DNA of 64,000 nucleotides, from the NCBI GenBank assembly GCA_002269645.1, contig NIVC01002093.1, forward strand, positions 141,485 through 205,484, given 5' to 3'. The notes beneath the pieces are model-generated. The model was not told the origin of the DNA. It searched no databases and was given only the letters and a program-made list of their open reading frames with translations. The DNA is from Macrostomum lignano (lineage: Eukaryota). Position 1 is the first letter of the stretch; the number at the start of each line of letters is the position of its first letter. A program made the position numbers and the translations under genes. Positions 12,901 through 25,968 of the stretch are shown one piece after another.

Positions 12901-15900
12901 ACTCGCTGTTAGGCGAGTGATTGCATAACACATGCAGCGGCGCCGCCGATAGGGTGGGGTCTGAGAGAAGGGGTAGAGAGAAAGGGGACGAGTGTACTGA
13001 ATATTTGTATCTCCGCATGCACATTGACCAACCGCCAGAGCTGTTGACAACTGCAGTTAGTGAGAAGGCAGGGCTTCACTCTCTTTGCCCAGAGCTTTGG
13101 CTGGACACTTCATATGGCCGAACTGCAAGTTCTCACTCAATTTTCAAATCTAAATATACTAAATCTCTAAGGTTTGTATGTCCATAACGCTCTAGTCTAA
13201 ATATACTAAATCTCTAATATTTGTTTGTTTGTATGCTTGAATGTCCATAACGCTCTAGAGACTGCAATTCTTCACCGATTTTGATCGTGTTTTCGCCAAA
13301 AGATTCAAAATTGTCTGGAAAGAAGACAGTTGAAATCTAAATATACTAAATCTAAATCTAAATATACTAAATCTCTAAGGTTTGTATGTTTGTCCATAAC
13401 TCTCTAGAGTGAGCAATTCTTCACCGATTTTCATCGCGTTTTCGCCAAAAGATTTGTAATCAGCCTGAGATTGTATGGTTAAAATCTTTTTAATCTGCTT
13501 CAATGCTAAAGGGATTAAATATTCGAAAAACATGCTTTTTTGAAAAGGTCAAGCAGCTCTTTCGACTTGAAATGCATTATAAAAATGCTAGAGAAAAAAC
13601 TGACTGGCTGAATTCTGATTCTGATAAAGATTGCATCACAACAAGTTGAAAACACTGTGCCAAGTTGAAAGACAGAAATTGTTGCGTAACCATATTGCTA
13701 ACTTTAATTGAGACTGATGCTGACTGCCTGCTGAGTATTTGATTATGTCATAGCTGCTTCGTGTGACTTTCACTCAAAGAGAATTTGTGTTAGTATTCGT
13801 GTAACGTTCTAGAGATCGAACCGATTGACCAATTTTAATCGCGTTTTCGCCAAAAGAGTTGTAATTATCTGGAAAGAAGACAGTTAAAATTTCTTTAATC
13901 GGCTTTAATTATAAAGGTATTAAATATTCGAAAAACGAGTATTCCCAATAAGAGGGCAAACTAGGTTGAATTCTTGACTGGCTGAATTCCAATTCCAATT
14001 ATGATTGCGCCATAACTTTTCTCTCTCCACTGTGTAAGCTTCATTACTGGTTGCAGTGCGCAAGGAGAAAAAATGCTCAGTGGCTGCGTGTGTACATTCT
14101 GACCCTGGCTCTGACTGGCGGACTCCATAGAAAATTGCTATTTATAGATTTCACTCAATCAAATGTGCATTTGCTCCGCCTGCACGCCTACACACTGAGC
14201 AGCCTATCACTGCTTTGTATTTTAACTGCAGTTCTGAAGCATATATCGCCGATTTTGTTGTCCTCCCATCAATAGGCGGAGTAGCCGCACTGTAGGCACT
14301 AGGACTAGGTTTAGGCTAGGCGTAAGGTCCAAGGTTCGAGTCTGCCTCCCCAGCGGATAATTAAAATTAAGATAATTCAATAATTTACAGCTTGTGCCTC
14401 GACTAATTGGAACATTTTTTGAATAATTTCAATTGAAACATTTTTATTAATTAGCAATTAATTTTTTGCTACTCGGCACAAGCCACTAATCAAATTTGAT
14501 TTGTAAAAACTGCTTCGAGTATAACTGATCCCATCAATGGGTATTGTCTAGCTCCATAAAAGTACGAAATTACTCAACTGCAGACAATGCTGCTAAATTG
14601 CTTACAGGTATTGCTAAATGCAGAGCTTTTCAAGACTGCCGATATGTATCGAAAATTGATTAATGAGCCGTACAATTCTGAGCAAATTGCAGTTTTCTGA
14701 GGGAACTGAGGTGCCGGCCAGAGAAGAACTGCAGAGAGTGCTGAAGGGATAAGTGAGAATTGTTAATGGAACAGTTTTAGACTGCAAATGGAATGACTGC
14801 AGATTGCTGAGGGGAACTGCAGATTGTTAAAGGGATCATTGAAGTCTGCAAAGGGGACAAACTGCAGACTGCTGAAGTAGTTCCTCCAGACTTAAATCTA
14901 ATTTATAGATTTCACTTAACTGAGCATTGGCTCTGCCTGCATACAACCCGTGCACTGAGCAGCCTATCACTGCTGTGTATTTGACTGCAGTGCCAAAGCA
15001 TATATGGCTGATTTTGTCGCCTTCTGATCAAAAGGCGGAGTAGCCGCACTGTAGGCACTAGGACCAGGTTTAGGATAGGCGTAAGGTCCCAGGTTCGAGT
15101 CTGCCTCGCAGCGGACAATTAAAATTGAATTAATTATTTTATTTTAGCTTGTGCTTTGATTAATTGGAACTTTTATGCTTAATTAACAAGGCACACTTAA
15201 TGAACTATTTTTGCTATTTGGCACAAGTCGCTAAGCAAAGTTGATTTGTAAAAACTGCTTCGAGTACATGTATTACGAGCGTACTGATCCCATCAATGGG
15301 TATATGGCACAGTTCCATGAAAGTATGAAATTGCTAAACTGCAGACCATTCTGAAAAAAACTGCTGAAGGTATTGCTAAATGCTGAGTTTTGCAAGACTG
15401 CCGATATGTATCGAAATCGTTAATGGTACAGTTGTAGACCGAAAATGAAATGACTGCAGACTGCTGAGGGGAACTGCAGACTGTCGAAGGGATCATTGCA
15501 GATTGCAAAGGGGAAACAACTGCAAACTGCTGGAGATACTGCTGGATACGCTCATAGTTCCTCCAGACTTATGAGCGTATAGCGGCAAACTGCCGAGAGG
15601 AAAACTGCCGACTAATTGGGAGATAATGGCAGACTTCTGAAGCTAATAACTAACTATTGAGTTTTGAGTGGATATTAACTGTGAAAGATTGAGTACAAGT
15701 TGTTTAGAGGATTACTGCGGGCTGCTAAGTGAAATCTTTTTTGCTAAGGGGACAATTCTATGCCGCTGAGGGTATACATGCTTAATTTTAATAAAAGTTG
15801 TAGAATGCAATGAATGTTGAAGATACTCTTGCTGGGGGCTGCGTTATTCTTCTAGAGCAGTACTAATCTGCTGTACATGTAAGTACTAATTTGAAAAGGG

Positions 15901-16074
15901 TATTACTAATCTGGGTGAAGAGTGCTAATCTGACGTAAAATGAAGTAATAAATATGCAAGACGATTGCAAATCAAATTTAAACTGCAAGTTGCAAAGATT
16001 TCAAATGGTTTCGATTATTGAGAAGCATATGGAGATCAGTGGCCATCTGCTTGCAGATTTTGCGGAACTGTGCC

Positions 16075-16235
16075 GATGAACCATTGCTAAACTGCTGGTA
16101 AACCATTGCTAAACTGCTGGTGAAGCATTGCTAAACTGCTGGTAAACCATTGCTAAACTGCTGGTGAAGCATTGCTAAACTGCTGGTGAACCATTGCTAA
16201 ACTGCTGGTAAACCATTGCTAAAGTGATGGTGAAC
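16075..16235 (+). repeat. 22-bp minisatellite (GAACCATTGCTAAACTGCTGGT); paralogous array at 20945-21095
   Basis: Direct reading. Confidence 0.92.
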
Positions 16236-17689
16236 CACTGCAATTTTTTAATAAATGCTACTTTAAACAGAAGAAAACTCAACGAAACAAAAAGCAAAGA
16301 AATAATCACCATGTCAACCATAAGAGAGGCGGTCTGTCGAGCACAAAAGACTCAATGGGAAATGCTAAGATGTCAGGGCTGGTATGGGAAACTGCTTTGA
16401 TGTCAAGACTCATGGGAGAATTTCTACGATCTCAAGGCTTACGGGGGAATTGCTATAATGATGTGATTCTGGAGAGAATTGCTTCCATTCCAAGTTTCAT
16501 TTGTGAAATTGCTGAGTTATAAAGGCTCATTGGAAAATTGCTTTGCTGTCAAAGCTCATGGTGATAATTACTCGAATGCTGTGGCTGTTGGGGAATTCCC
16601 GAGATTGTTAGGGTAAGGTAAGGGTTAAACCATAAAAGAATTGGCCTGTCAAACATTAAAGACTCATTGGGGAATGACAAAGCTCATGGAAGATATCTGA
16701 ATGACTGAATTGTACTGTGGCTCAAGGCTTAGGGGGAATTGCTGTAATTGCAACACATGAGGATGTTGTGGAAATTGTGTTGCTCAAAAATGAGTTGCTA
16801 TAATATCAAGGCTCATTGGGAAATCGCTGAGATGTCAAAGCTCACTGGGATCCCTGTACTGCTGTAGGCTGTGACTCATATGTTATATCTGAGATGCCAA
16901 GGTTTACAGGGGAATGGCTTAGATTTCAAAGACTCCTAAAGGGAATAGCTGAAATTCACGAAATGACAAGGTTCATTGGGCAATTGTTGAAATGCTGTGG
17001 TTCATGGTGGGAATTGCTGAAATGCTGTGAATTGGCAGGGTTAGGGTTCAATAATAAGACATCATAATTGTCAAAGTGCCAAGACAACATAAGGTTAGTC
17101 GCTAAATTTTCAGGCTCATGGGTAAATTGCTTATAAGCTTTCAAAAGCTCATAGTAAAATTGCTGGAATGCTTGGACTGAGAGGGAGTTGCTGAAATGCT
17201 GTGACTCGGCTGCAGGTTAGGGTTAGGGTTAGAGTTATGGTTATGGTTTTGGTTAAATTATAGAGCGATCGTCGTATCAATCATTAATGATTTATCAAGG
17301 AATTGCTAAGATTAAAGGCTCTTGGGGTGAATTACTTGAATACTTTGGCTCTTTTGAGAATTGCTGACAGGTAAAGGCTTTCGATGAAATTTAGATTTCA
17401 AAGCTTATGAGGAATTTACTTTAATGCTGAGGCTCAAGGCTCATGGGGGAAATTGCTAACATGCCAAGACTCACTTATGGTTTAGGGTTAGGGGCTTAGG
17501 TGAGTTTCGGTTCAATCAAGATTAACCGCTGTCAACCATCAATTAAAGACTTGCTAAGATAGCAAAGCTCATAGGGGTATTGCTGAGTTGACAAGGCTCA
17601 CAAAGAAATTGCTGAGTTATCAAGGCTCATAAGAGGATTGCTGAATTCTTGGGAGAGGGGAGTTGGGTTGTTAGGATGTCAAAGCTCAC

Positions 17690-18320
17690 TGCGCTGGGAG
17701 AATGCTGAGATTTCATGGCTTATTGGGAGCATTGCAAAGATGTGAAGGCTTACTAGGGGTATTGCTGAGATCTCAAGGCTTACTGGGGGAATGCTGGGAT
17801 GTGAAGGCTTACTAGGGTTATTGCTGAGATCTCAAGGCTTACTGCGGGAATGCTGAGATTTTAAGGCTTACTGAGGGAATGCTGAGATGTTAAGACTTAC
17901 TGGGGGAATGCTGAGATGTTAAGGCTTACTGGGGGAATGCTGAGATGTTAAGGCTTACTGGGGGAATGCTGTGATGTCAAGGCTTACTGGGAGAATTACT
18001 GAGATGTCAAGGCTTACTGGGAGAATTACTGAGATGTCAAGGCTTGCTGGGGGAATTGCTGAGATCTCAAGGCTTACTGGGGGAACTTCGGAGATCTCAA
18101 GGCTTACTGGGGGGAATTGCTGAGATGTCAAGACATACTGGGGAGTTGCTGAGATCTCAAGGCTTACTGTCATAATTTGTGAGATGTCAAGGCTTACTGG
18201 GAGAATGCTGAGATGTCGAGGCTTACTGGGGGAATTGCTGAGATGTTAAGGCTTACTGGGGGAATGCTAAGATGTTAAGGCTTACTGGGGGATTACTGAG
18301 ATCTCAAGGCTTACTGTCAT
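17690..18320 (+). repeat. 28-29-bp minisatellite (GAGATGTCAAGGCTTACTGGGGGAATTGCT); paralogous arrays at 21110-21310, 33520-34000 and 51295-51370 (inverted)
   Basis: Direct reading. Confidence 0.93.
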
Positions 18321-18872
18321 AATTTCTGAGATCTCAAGGCTCATGGACGATGGCTGAATTGTTGGGGGAGGGGTGTTAGGTTGTTGGGCGATTGTCAGAA
18401 AGTCAGGTAGTACGGCTCATGTAGTAGCTCATGTAATTCAGATAATGAAAAAGTACACACAAGTGATGCTGATTTCTGCTAATAGGAAATACCAGCGCAT
18501 TTATTAAATGTTTGATTCTTTGATTTAGGCTAATAAACAGAGAGGGTCTAAGGCCGTCACGGATTTGCATTTTGAGCTCCTGCTGCGGATCAGAATATGC
18601 CCCGGCCAGTGACGATATTCACAAAGAGTTTGTGCTTGAAAGGATAAGCACTATTTGCTGATTGAGAATGGGTTTTGGGCTGATGAACGAAACTTTTTGG
18701 CTAATGAAAGTTCTGATTCATGGCAATTTTTTTTGCCAAAACGAGAAAAGGTATTTTTGATTAATGGAAATCAACCTTTTAGAAAATTATTATAGTAAGG
18801 TTGCTCTTGTGCGAAAATAAAAACCAATTGGTGTCATTTTCAAGGCTCCCCAGCGGGGGGCTAAATGGCTAG

Positions 18873-21834
18873 TCTAAATATACTAAATCTCTAATATTTG
18901 TTTGTTTGTATGCTTGAATGTCCATAACGCTCTAGAGACTGCAATTCTTCACCGATTTTGATCGTGATCGCGTTTTCGCCAAAAGATTCAAAATTGTCTG
19001 GAAAGAAGACAGTTAAAATGTCTTTAATCTGCTCCAATGCTAAAGGGATTTAATATTCGAAAAACAGTTTTAAATGGGCGAATTCAATTCAAATTTTATC
19101 AGCAAGAAACTTCACAGTCAATCTTAATTGATTGCGCCAGAGCCAACTGATCAGAAAACTCATGGACCCCACTGCCCAGATAATTACTTTATTTAAATTG
19201 CGCAACCATACCAGGGGTCAAAAATAAAATTATTCTGGAGGCTAGCAGCGAGCTCTTTAAGCGTCAAAGATCTGTTTTTCGTAACGCTCTACAGACTGCA
19301 ATTCTTGACCAATTTTGATCGCGTTTTCGCCAAAACTTTTGTAATTATCTGGAAAGAGGACAGCTAAAATTTCTTTTATCTGCTTCAATGCTAAAGGTAT
19401 TAAATATTCGAAAACAAGTTTATCTAAATGCTTTTAATGGAAGGCCAAGCAGCGTTGAATTCTTGACTGGCTGAATTCCAATTCTAAATGATTGCGCCAC
19501 AACTGCGTACTGCTCGCTATCTCGCTATAACTGTCTCGCTATAAACTGACTCTGAGCTTTTCAGCAGGAGGCAGTGTGCCAAGCATTGCGCAGGCACTCT
19601 GGAGGGAGAGAGAAATCAGCCAGTGCATTTTAAAAGTATTGAAATTGAGAGACTTACTTAACTGTGCAATGGCTCTGCCAGCACCAAAACTGTGCACACT
19701 GAGCAGGCTATCACTGCTATGTATTTGACTGCAGTGCCGAAGCATATATGTCTGATTTTTGCGCCCTTCCATCAGTAGGCGGAATAGGCCTCCCTGGTGG
19801 ATAATTAAAATAAGTAAATTCATTCATTTGTAACTTGTGACTCGACTAAATATAACATATTTTTTATTAATTTTAATTGCAACATTTTTTATTAATTAGC
19901 AAATAATTTTTGCTACTTGGCACAAGCCACTTATAAAATTTGATTTTAAAAAACTGCTTCGTGCATTACTGATCCCATCAACGAGTACTGCCTCGCACCA
20001 TGAAAGTATGAAATTGCTATTAAACTGCAGGCCATGCTGCTAAAATTGCTTAAAGATGAGCCGTAAAATGCTGAGCACATTTTTAGATTATTGGAAGATT
20101 GGAAGATTATTGGAAAGGAGAACAGAAGATGCTGAGGGAACTGCAGATTGTCAAAGGGATCATTCATGCAGACTGCAAAGGGAAAAATGGAACAAACTGC
20201 TGAGGTAGTTCCTCCACACTTATGAGTGCATAGCAGCAAATTGTTGAGGGGATAACTATCTACAGAGTTTAAAGTGGATAATAGCTGTGAAGTATTAAGT
20301 GCAAGTTGTTGAGTGGATAACTGCGGACTGCTGAGTGAAGTATTGTAGTTTGCTGATGTTAATGAAAGTTGTAGACGGCACAGTGGATATCTGCACGCTG
20401 CTAAGAGTATGACTGCAGTCTGTTTGTGGGATTAGAAGTGATAGCTAATTTCAGGATGTTGTGGAGATAACTGCCGATTTCTGGGGGGGGGGGTTAACTT
20501 CAAACTGCCGAAGTTACTAAACTTCTTGAATTTAGTTTGAATCTTGAATCTTGAATTAGAAGTTTTAGTAACTGCCGAAGTTACTAAACTTCTTGAATAG
20601 TATAAGGCTTTTAGCAGAAGGTCGGCAGTTCGAGTCTGTAATGAAGCAGCGAATTTATCTTTGTGACAATAATCATTGTTTCCTATGAGGATTCATGCAA
20701 ATTTTTAGCATTTTCATTTTGTAGATACTTTTGCTGGGGCTACGCTAAGCTTTAAGAGCAGCGCTAATCGGGGAGAGCAGTGCTAATCTGATGTATAAAA
20801 TAAAATAATAAATATGTAAGGGGATTACATATCAACTTTAACCTGCAAGTTGACAAAGCATTTCATATGGTTTCGATTATCCAGAAGCAATATGGCAATA
20901 AGCAAAGATTAGTGGCCATCTGCTCACTGATTGTGCAAAACAGTGCTGGTGAATCATTGCTAAACTGCTGGTGAAGCATTTTTAAACTGCTGGTGAAGCA
21001 GTGCTAAACTGCTGGTGAACCATTGCTGAAATGCTGGTGAACCATTGCTGAAATGCTGGTGAACCATTGCTGAAATTCTGGTGAACCATTGCTAAACTGC
21101 GGAAAGCTTTCAAGAGATTTCAAGGCTTACTGGGGGAATTGCTGATATGTCAAGGCTTACTGGGGCAATTGCTGAGATGTCAAGGCTTACTGGGGCAATT
21201 GCTGAGATTTCAAGGCTTACTGGGGCAATTGCTGACATGCCAAGGCTTACTGGGGGAATTGCTGAGATGTCAAGGCTTACAGGGGAATCGCTGATATGTC
21301 AAGGCTCATGGACGATGGCTGAATTTTGGGGGGGGATTTCTAGGTTATTGGGCGATTGTCAGATAGTCAGGTAGTACGGCTCATGTAGTAGCTCATGTAA
21401 TTCAGATAATGAAAAAGTACACACAAGTGATGCTGATTTCTGCTAATAGGAAATACCAGCGCATTTATTAAATGTTTGATTCTTTGATTTAGGCTAATAA
21501 ACAGAGAGGGTCTAAGGCCGTCACGGATTTGCATTTTGAGCTCCTGCTGCGGATCAGAATATGCCCCGGCCAGTGACGATATTCACAAAGAGTTTGTGCT
21601 TGAAAGGATAAGCACTATTTGCTGATTGAGAATGGGTTTTGGGCTGATGAACGAAACTTTTTGGCTAATGAAAGTTCTGATTCATGGCAACTTATTTTTC
21701 AAACGTGAGAAAAGGTAATTTTTGATTAATGGAAATCAAAATTTTGGATAGTTATAGTAAGGTTGCTGTTGTGCCAAAATAAAAACCAATTGGTGTCATT
21801 TTCAAGGCTCCCCAGAGGGGGGCTAAATGGCTAG
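18873..21834 (+). mobile_element. Complete non-autonomous Helitron
   Basis: 5' TCTAAATATACT at 18873; 3' CCCCAGAGGGGGG hairpin plus CTAG at 21831-21834. Confidence 0.82.
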
Positions 21835-22404
21835 TCCTATATACTAAAAATGAGTTGTCTGTGGGTATGCGATAGATTTCAGAAAAATTGGCTCAATCGA
21901 TTTTCTTCAAACTTGCACCATTCGATCAGAAATTTTCCTGGGACGGTACATGCATCTTGGCTAAGAAATTGTTCAATGTTAAAGGGATTAAATATTCGAA
22001 AAACATGCTTTTTTGCAAAGGTCAAGCTAAATTTTCGACTTGAAATGCATTTTAAGAATGCTAGAGAAAAAACAGACTGGCTGAAATCCGATTGTGATAA
22101 AGATTGCATCACAACAAGTTGAAAACAGTGTCAAAGAAATGCACACACGACTTGAATGAAATTGCGTAACCATATTGCCAACTTAAATTGAGACTGATTC
22201 TGGCTGACTGAGAAATTGATTATGTCATAACTTTTTACTCCAATTGACTTGCTGTAAGAATTGAATTATAAGGGCCACAAGTCATGTTCTCCAATTGAAA
22301 AGAGATAGCCGGATGCAAGCAGACTAATGTAGCGACCTTGGTTCGAATCTTAGTAGTGAAAAATGTTTTTTTTTATTAAAACACCTTAAAAAACACAAAA
22401 TGCG

Positions 22405-25375
22405 AAACATTAAAGAGCCACCATGTCAAACATAAAAGAGCTATCATGTCAAACATATACGTGACTACATGTCAAACATAAGAGTTACCATTAAGAACAT
22501 TAAAGAGACACCATGTCGAAACATTAAAGAGCCACCATGTCAAACATGAAACAAACACCATTAAGAACATTAAAGAGCCACCATGTCGAACATTAAAAAG
22601 CCACCATGTCAAACATTAAAGAGCCACCATTTCAAACCTAAAAGAGCCACCATGTCGAACATTAAAAAGCCACCATGTCAAACATTAAAGAGCCACCATT
22701 TCAAACCTAAAAGAGCCACCATGTCGAACATTAAAGAGCCACCATTTCAAACCTAAAAGAGCCACCATGTCGAACATTAAAAAGCCACCATGTCAAACAT
22801 TAAAGAGCCACCATTTCAAACCTAAAAGAGCCACCATGTAGAACATTAAAGAGCCACCATATCAAACATAAAAGAGTTACCATGTCAAACATTAAAGAGC
22901 CACCATTTCGAAAATTAAAGAGCCACCATGTCAAACATTAAAGAGCCACCATTTCGAAAATTAAAGAGCCACCATTTCAAACATTAAAGAGCCACCATGT
23001 CAAACATTAAAGAGCCACCATGTAGAACATTAAAGAGCCACCATGGCAAACATATACATGACTCTATGTCGAACAATCAAGAGCCACCATGTCAAACATA
23101 TACATGACTCCATGTCAAACATTAAAGAGACACCATGTCAAACATTAAACAGCCACCATGTCAAACATTTAAGAGCCACCATGTCAAACATATAAATGAC
23201 TCCATGTCGAACATTAAAGAGCCACCATGTCAAACATAAAACAGACACCATGTCAAATATTAAAGAGCCACCATGTCAAACATTAAAGAGCCACCAGGTC
23301 AAACATGAAAGTGCCACCATGTAAAACATTAAAGAGCCTCCATGTCGAACATTTAAGAACCACCATGTCAAACATAAAATAGCCACCATGTGAAACATAT
23401 ACGTGACCCCATGTAAAACACTAAAGAGCTACCATATCAGACATATACATGACTCCATGTCAAACATAGAAGAGCCCCCATGTCAAACATAAAAGAGCCC
23501 CCATGTCAAACATAGAAGAGTCACCATGTCAGACATTGAAAAGCCACCGTATCAAACATAAAAGAGTTACCATGTACGAGCGTAGAACAAAAAAGAGCCA
23601 CAATGTATAACATAAAAGAGCCACCCTGTTAAACATAAAAGATAAACAATTTCAAACGTAAAAGTAAGCGAATTTTAAAGGAGCCGCTATAAAGCTAAGG
23701 AAATTGTCGCACTAGCTACTTATTGTCTGGTGGATGCTTGCTATTTGGGGATGCTATCTATCTTGGGGATGCTTGCTATTTGGGGATGCTATCTATCTTG
23801 GGGATGCTTGCTATCTGGAGGATGCTTGCTATCTTGGGGATGCTTGCTATCTGAGGGATGCTTGCTATCTGGGGGATGCTTGCGATCTGGGGGATGCTTG
23901 CTATCTGGGGGATGCTTGCTATCTTTGGGATGCTTGCTATCTGGGGGATGCTTGCTATCTTGGGGATGCTTGCTATCTAGGGGAGCCACCATGTCAAACA
24001 TATACGTGACTCCCTGTCTAACATTAAAGAGCCACCATGTAAAACATATACATATGACTACATAACAAACATTAAACAGCCACCATGTCGAACATTAAGG
24101 AGCCACCATGTCGAACATTAAAGAGCCACCATGTCGAAAATTAAAGAGCCACCATTTCAAGCATAAAATAGCCACTATGTCAAACATTAAAGAGCCACCA
24201 TGTCAAACATATACATGACTACATGTCAAACATATATGTGACTCCATGTCAAACAATAAAGGGCCACCATGTCGAACATTAAACAGTCACCATGTGAAGC
24301 ATATACGTGACTCCATGCCAAAAACATACATGACTCCATGTCACACATTAAAGAACCACCATGTCGAACATTAAAGAGCCACCATTTCAAGCATAAAAGA
24401 GCCACTATGTCAAACATTAAAGAGCCACCATGTCACACATTAAAGAGCCACCATGTAGAACATTAAAGAGCCACAATGTAGAACATTAAAGAGCCATGAT
24501 GTCAAACAATAAAAAGCCATCATGTCAATTAATAAAGAGCCACCATGTCGAAGATTAAAGAGCCACAATATGTAGAACATTAAAGAGCCACAATGTCAAG
24601 CATTAAAGAGCCACCATGTAGAACATTAAAGAGCCACCATGTAGAGCATTAAAGAGCCACAATGTAGAGCATTAAAAAGCCACCATGTAGAACATTAAAG
24701 AGCCACCATGTAGAACATTAAAGAGACACCATGTCAAACATTAAAGAGCCACCATGTCGAACATTAAGTAGCCATCATGTCAAACAATAAAGAGCCACCA
24801 TGTTGAACATTAAAGAGCCACCATGTCAAATATTAAAGAGCACAATGTAGAACATTAAAGAGCCACCATGTCAAAAATTAAAGAGCAACAATGTAAAAAA
24901 TTAAAGAGCCACAATGTCGAGCATTAAAGAGACACCATGTCAAACATTAAAAAGCCACCATGTCAAACAATAAAGAGCCACCATGTTGAACATTAAAGAG
25001 CCACCATGTCAAACAGTAAAGAGCCACCATGTCGAACATTAAAGCGCCACCATGTCGAACGTTAAAGAGCCACCATGTCAAACATTAAAGAGCCACAATG
25101 TCGAACAGTAAAGAGCCACCATGTCGAACATTAAAGAGCCACCATGTCGAACGTTAAAGAGCCACCATGTCGAACATTAACGAGCCACGATGTCAAACAT
25201 AAAAGAGCTACCAAGTTAGACATAGAAGAGCCACCATGTGAAACATATATGTGACTCCATGTCAAACATTAAAGAGCCACCATGTAGAACATTAAAGAGT
25301 CACCATGCCAAACATTAAAAAGCCACCAATTCAAACATAAAATAGCCACCATTTCAAACACAGGAGAGACATTTT
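22405..25375 (+). repeat. About 23-24-bp satellite (AACATTAAAGAGCCACCATGTCA/G), interrupted at 23735-23980 by the 18-bp array; short paralogous array at 35040-35225
   Basis: Many tandem units read directly. Confidence 0.96.
23735..23980 (+). repeat. 18-bp minisatellite (GGGGATGCTTGCTATCTG); also at 25470-25720, 35230-36360 and 48750-48840
   Basis: Direct reading; source of the GCLLSG and DACYLG ORFs. Confidence 0.95.
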
Positions 25376-25968
25376 CAAACGTAATAAGAAGCGTCATGCC
25401 AATCATAAAGGAGCCCCTAGAAAGCTAAAAGGAAATGTTGCACTATATACTTTTTGTCTGGTGGATGCTTGCTATTTAAGGATAGATACTTGCTATCAAT
25501 TGGATGCTTGCTATCTGGGGTTCTTTCTATCTGGGGTGCTTGCTATCTGAGGGATGCTTGCTATCTCGGGGTGCTTGCTATCTGGGGGTGCTTGCTATCT
25601 GGGGGTGCTTGCTATCTGGGGGTGCTTGCTATCTGGGGGTGCTTGCTATCTGGGGGTGCTTGCTATCTGGGGGTGCTTGCTATCTGGGGGTGCTTGCTAT
25701 CTGGGAGGAGGGGGGATGTTTGCTGTCTTGGGATGTTTTCTTTTTGCATTGCGCTTCATTTGAGCAGTTTTTCTGTTGTCTTTGTGAAGACTATTTGGCG
25801 GGTTTTTTTTACTTGTAGAGAACAGAAGTTCTATCCAGATGTCCCCCATCGGGGGGCGAAGATTGCTAGTGCTGAGCTAATTTCTACATTGTTGAAAGAA
25901 TCATTGTAGTAGACGATGCTGCTAAACTGCTGAGGTTATTGCTAAATGCTGAGTTGCGCAAGACTGCC

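Larger units (their letters stand above)
13357..18872 (+). mobile_element. Non-autonomous Helitron (possibly composite) with 22-bp and 28-bp minisatellites
   Basis: 5' TCTAAATATACTAAATCTC; 3' hairpin CCCCAGCGGGGGG followed by CTAAATGGCTAG (CTAG at 18869-18872). Confidence 0.75.
21835..25869 (+). mobile_element. Complete non-autonomous Helitron of a second family, largely filled by satellite arrays
   Basis: 5' TCCTATATACTAAAA; 3' CCCCCATCGGGGGGCGAAGATTGCTAG|T (CTAG at 25866-25869); paralogous to 34453-36507. Confidence 0.82.

Noticed and set aside
22405-25375. Regular short repeats superficially like a CRISPR array (also 8667-8782 and 30340-31260)
   Set aside because: Units are directly adjacent with no unique spacers, there are no cas genes, and the context is eukaryotic; these are minisatellites.
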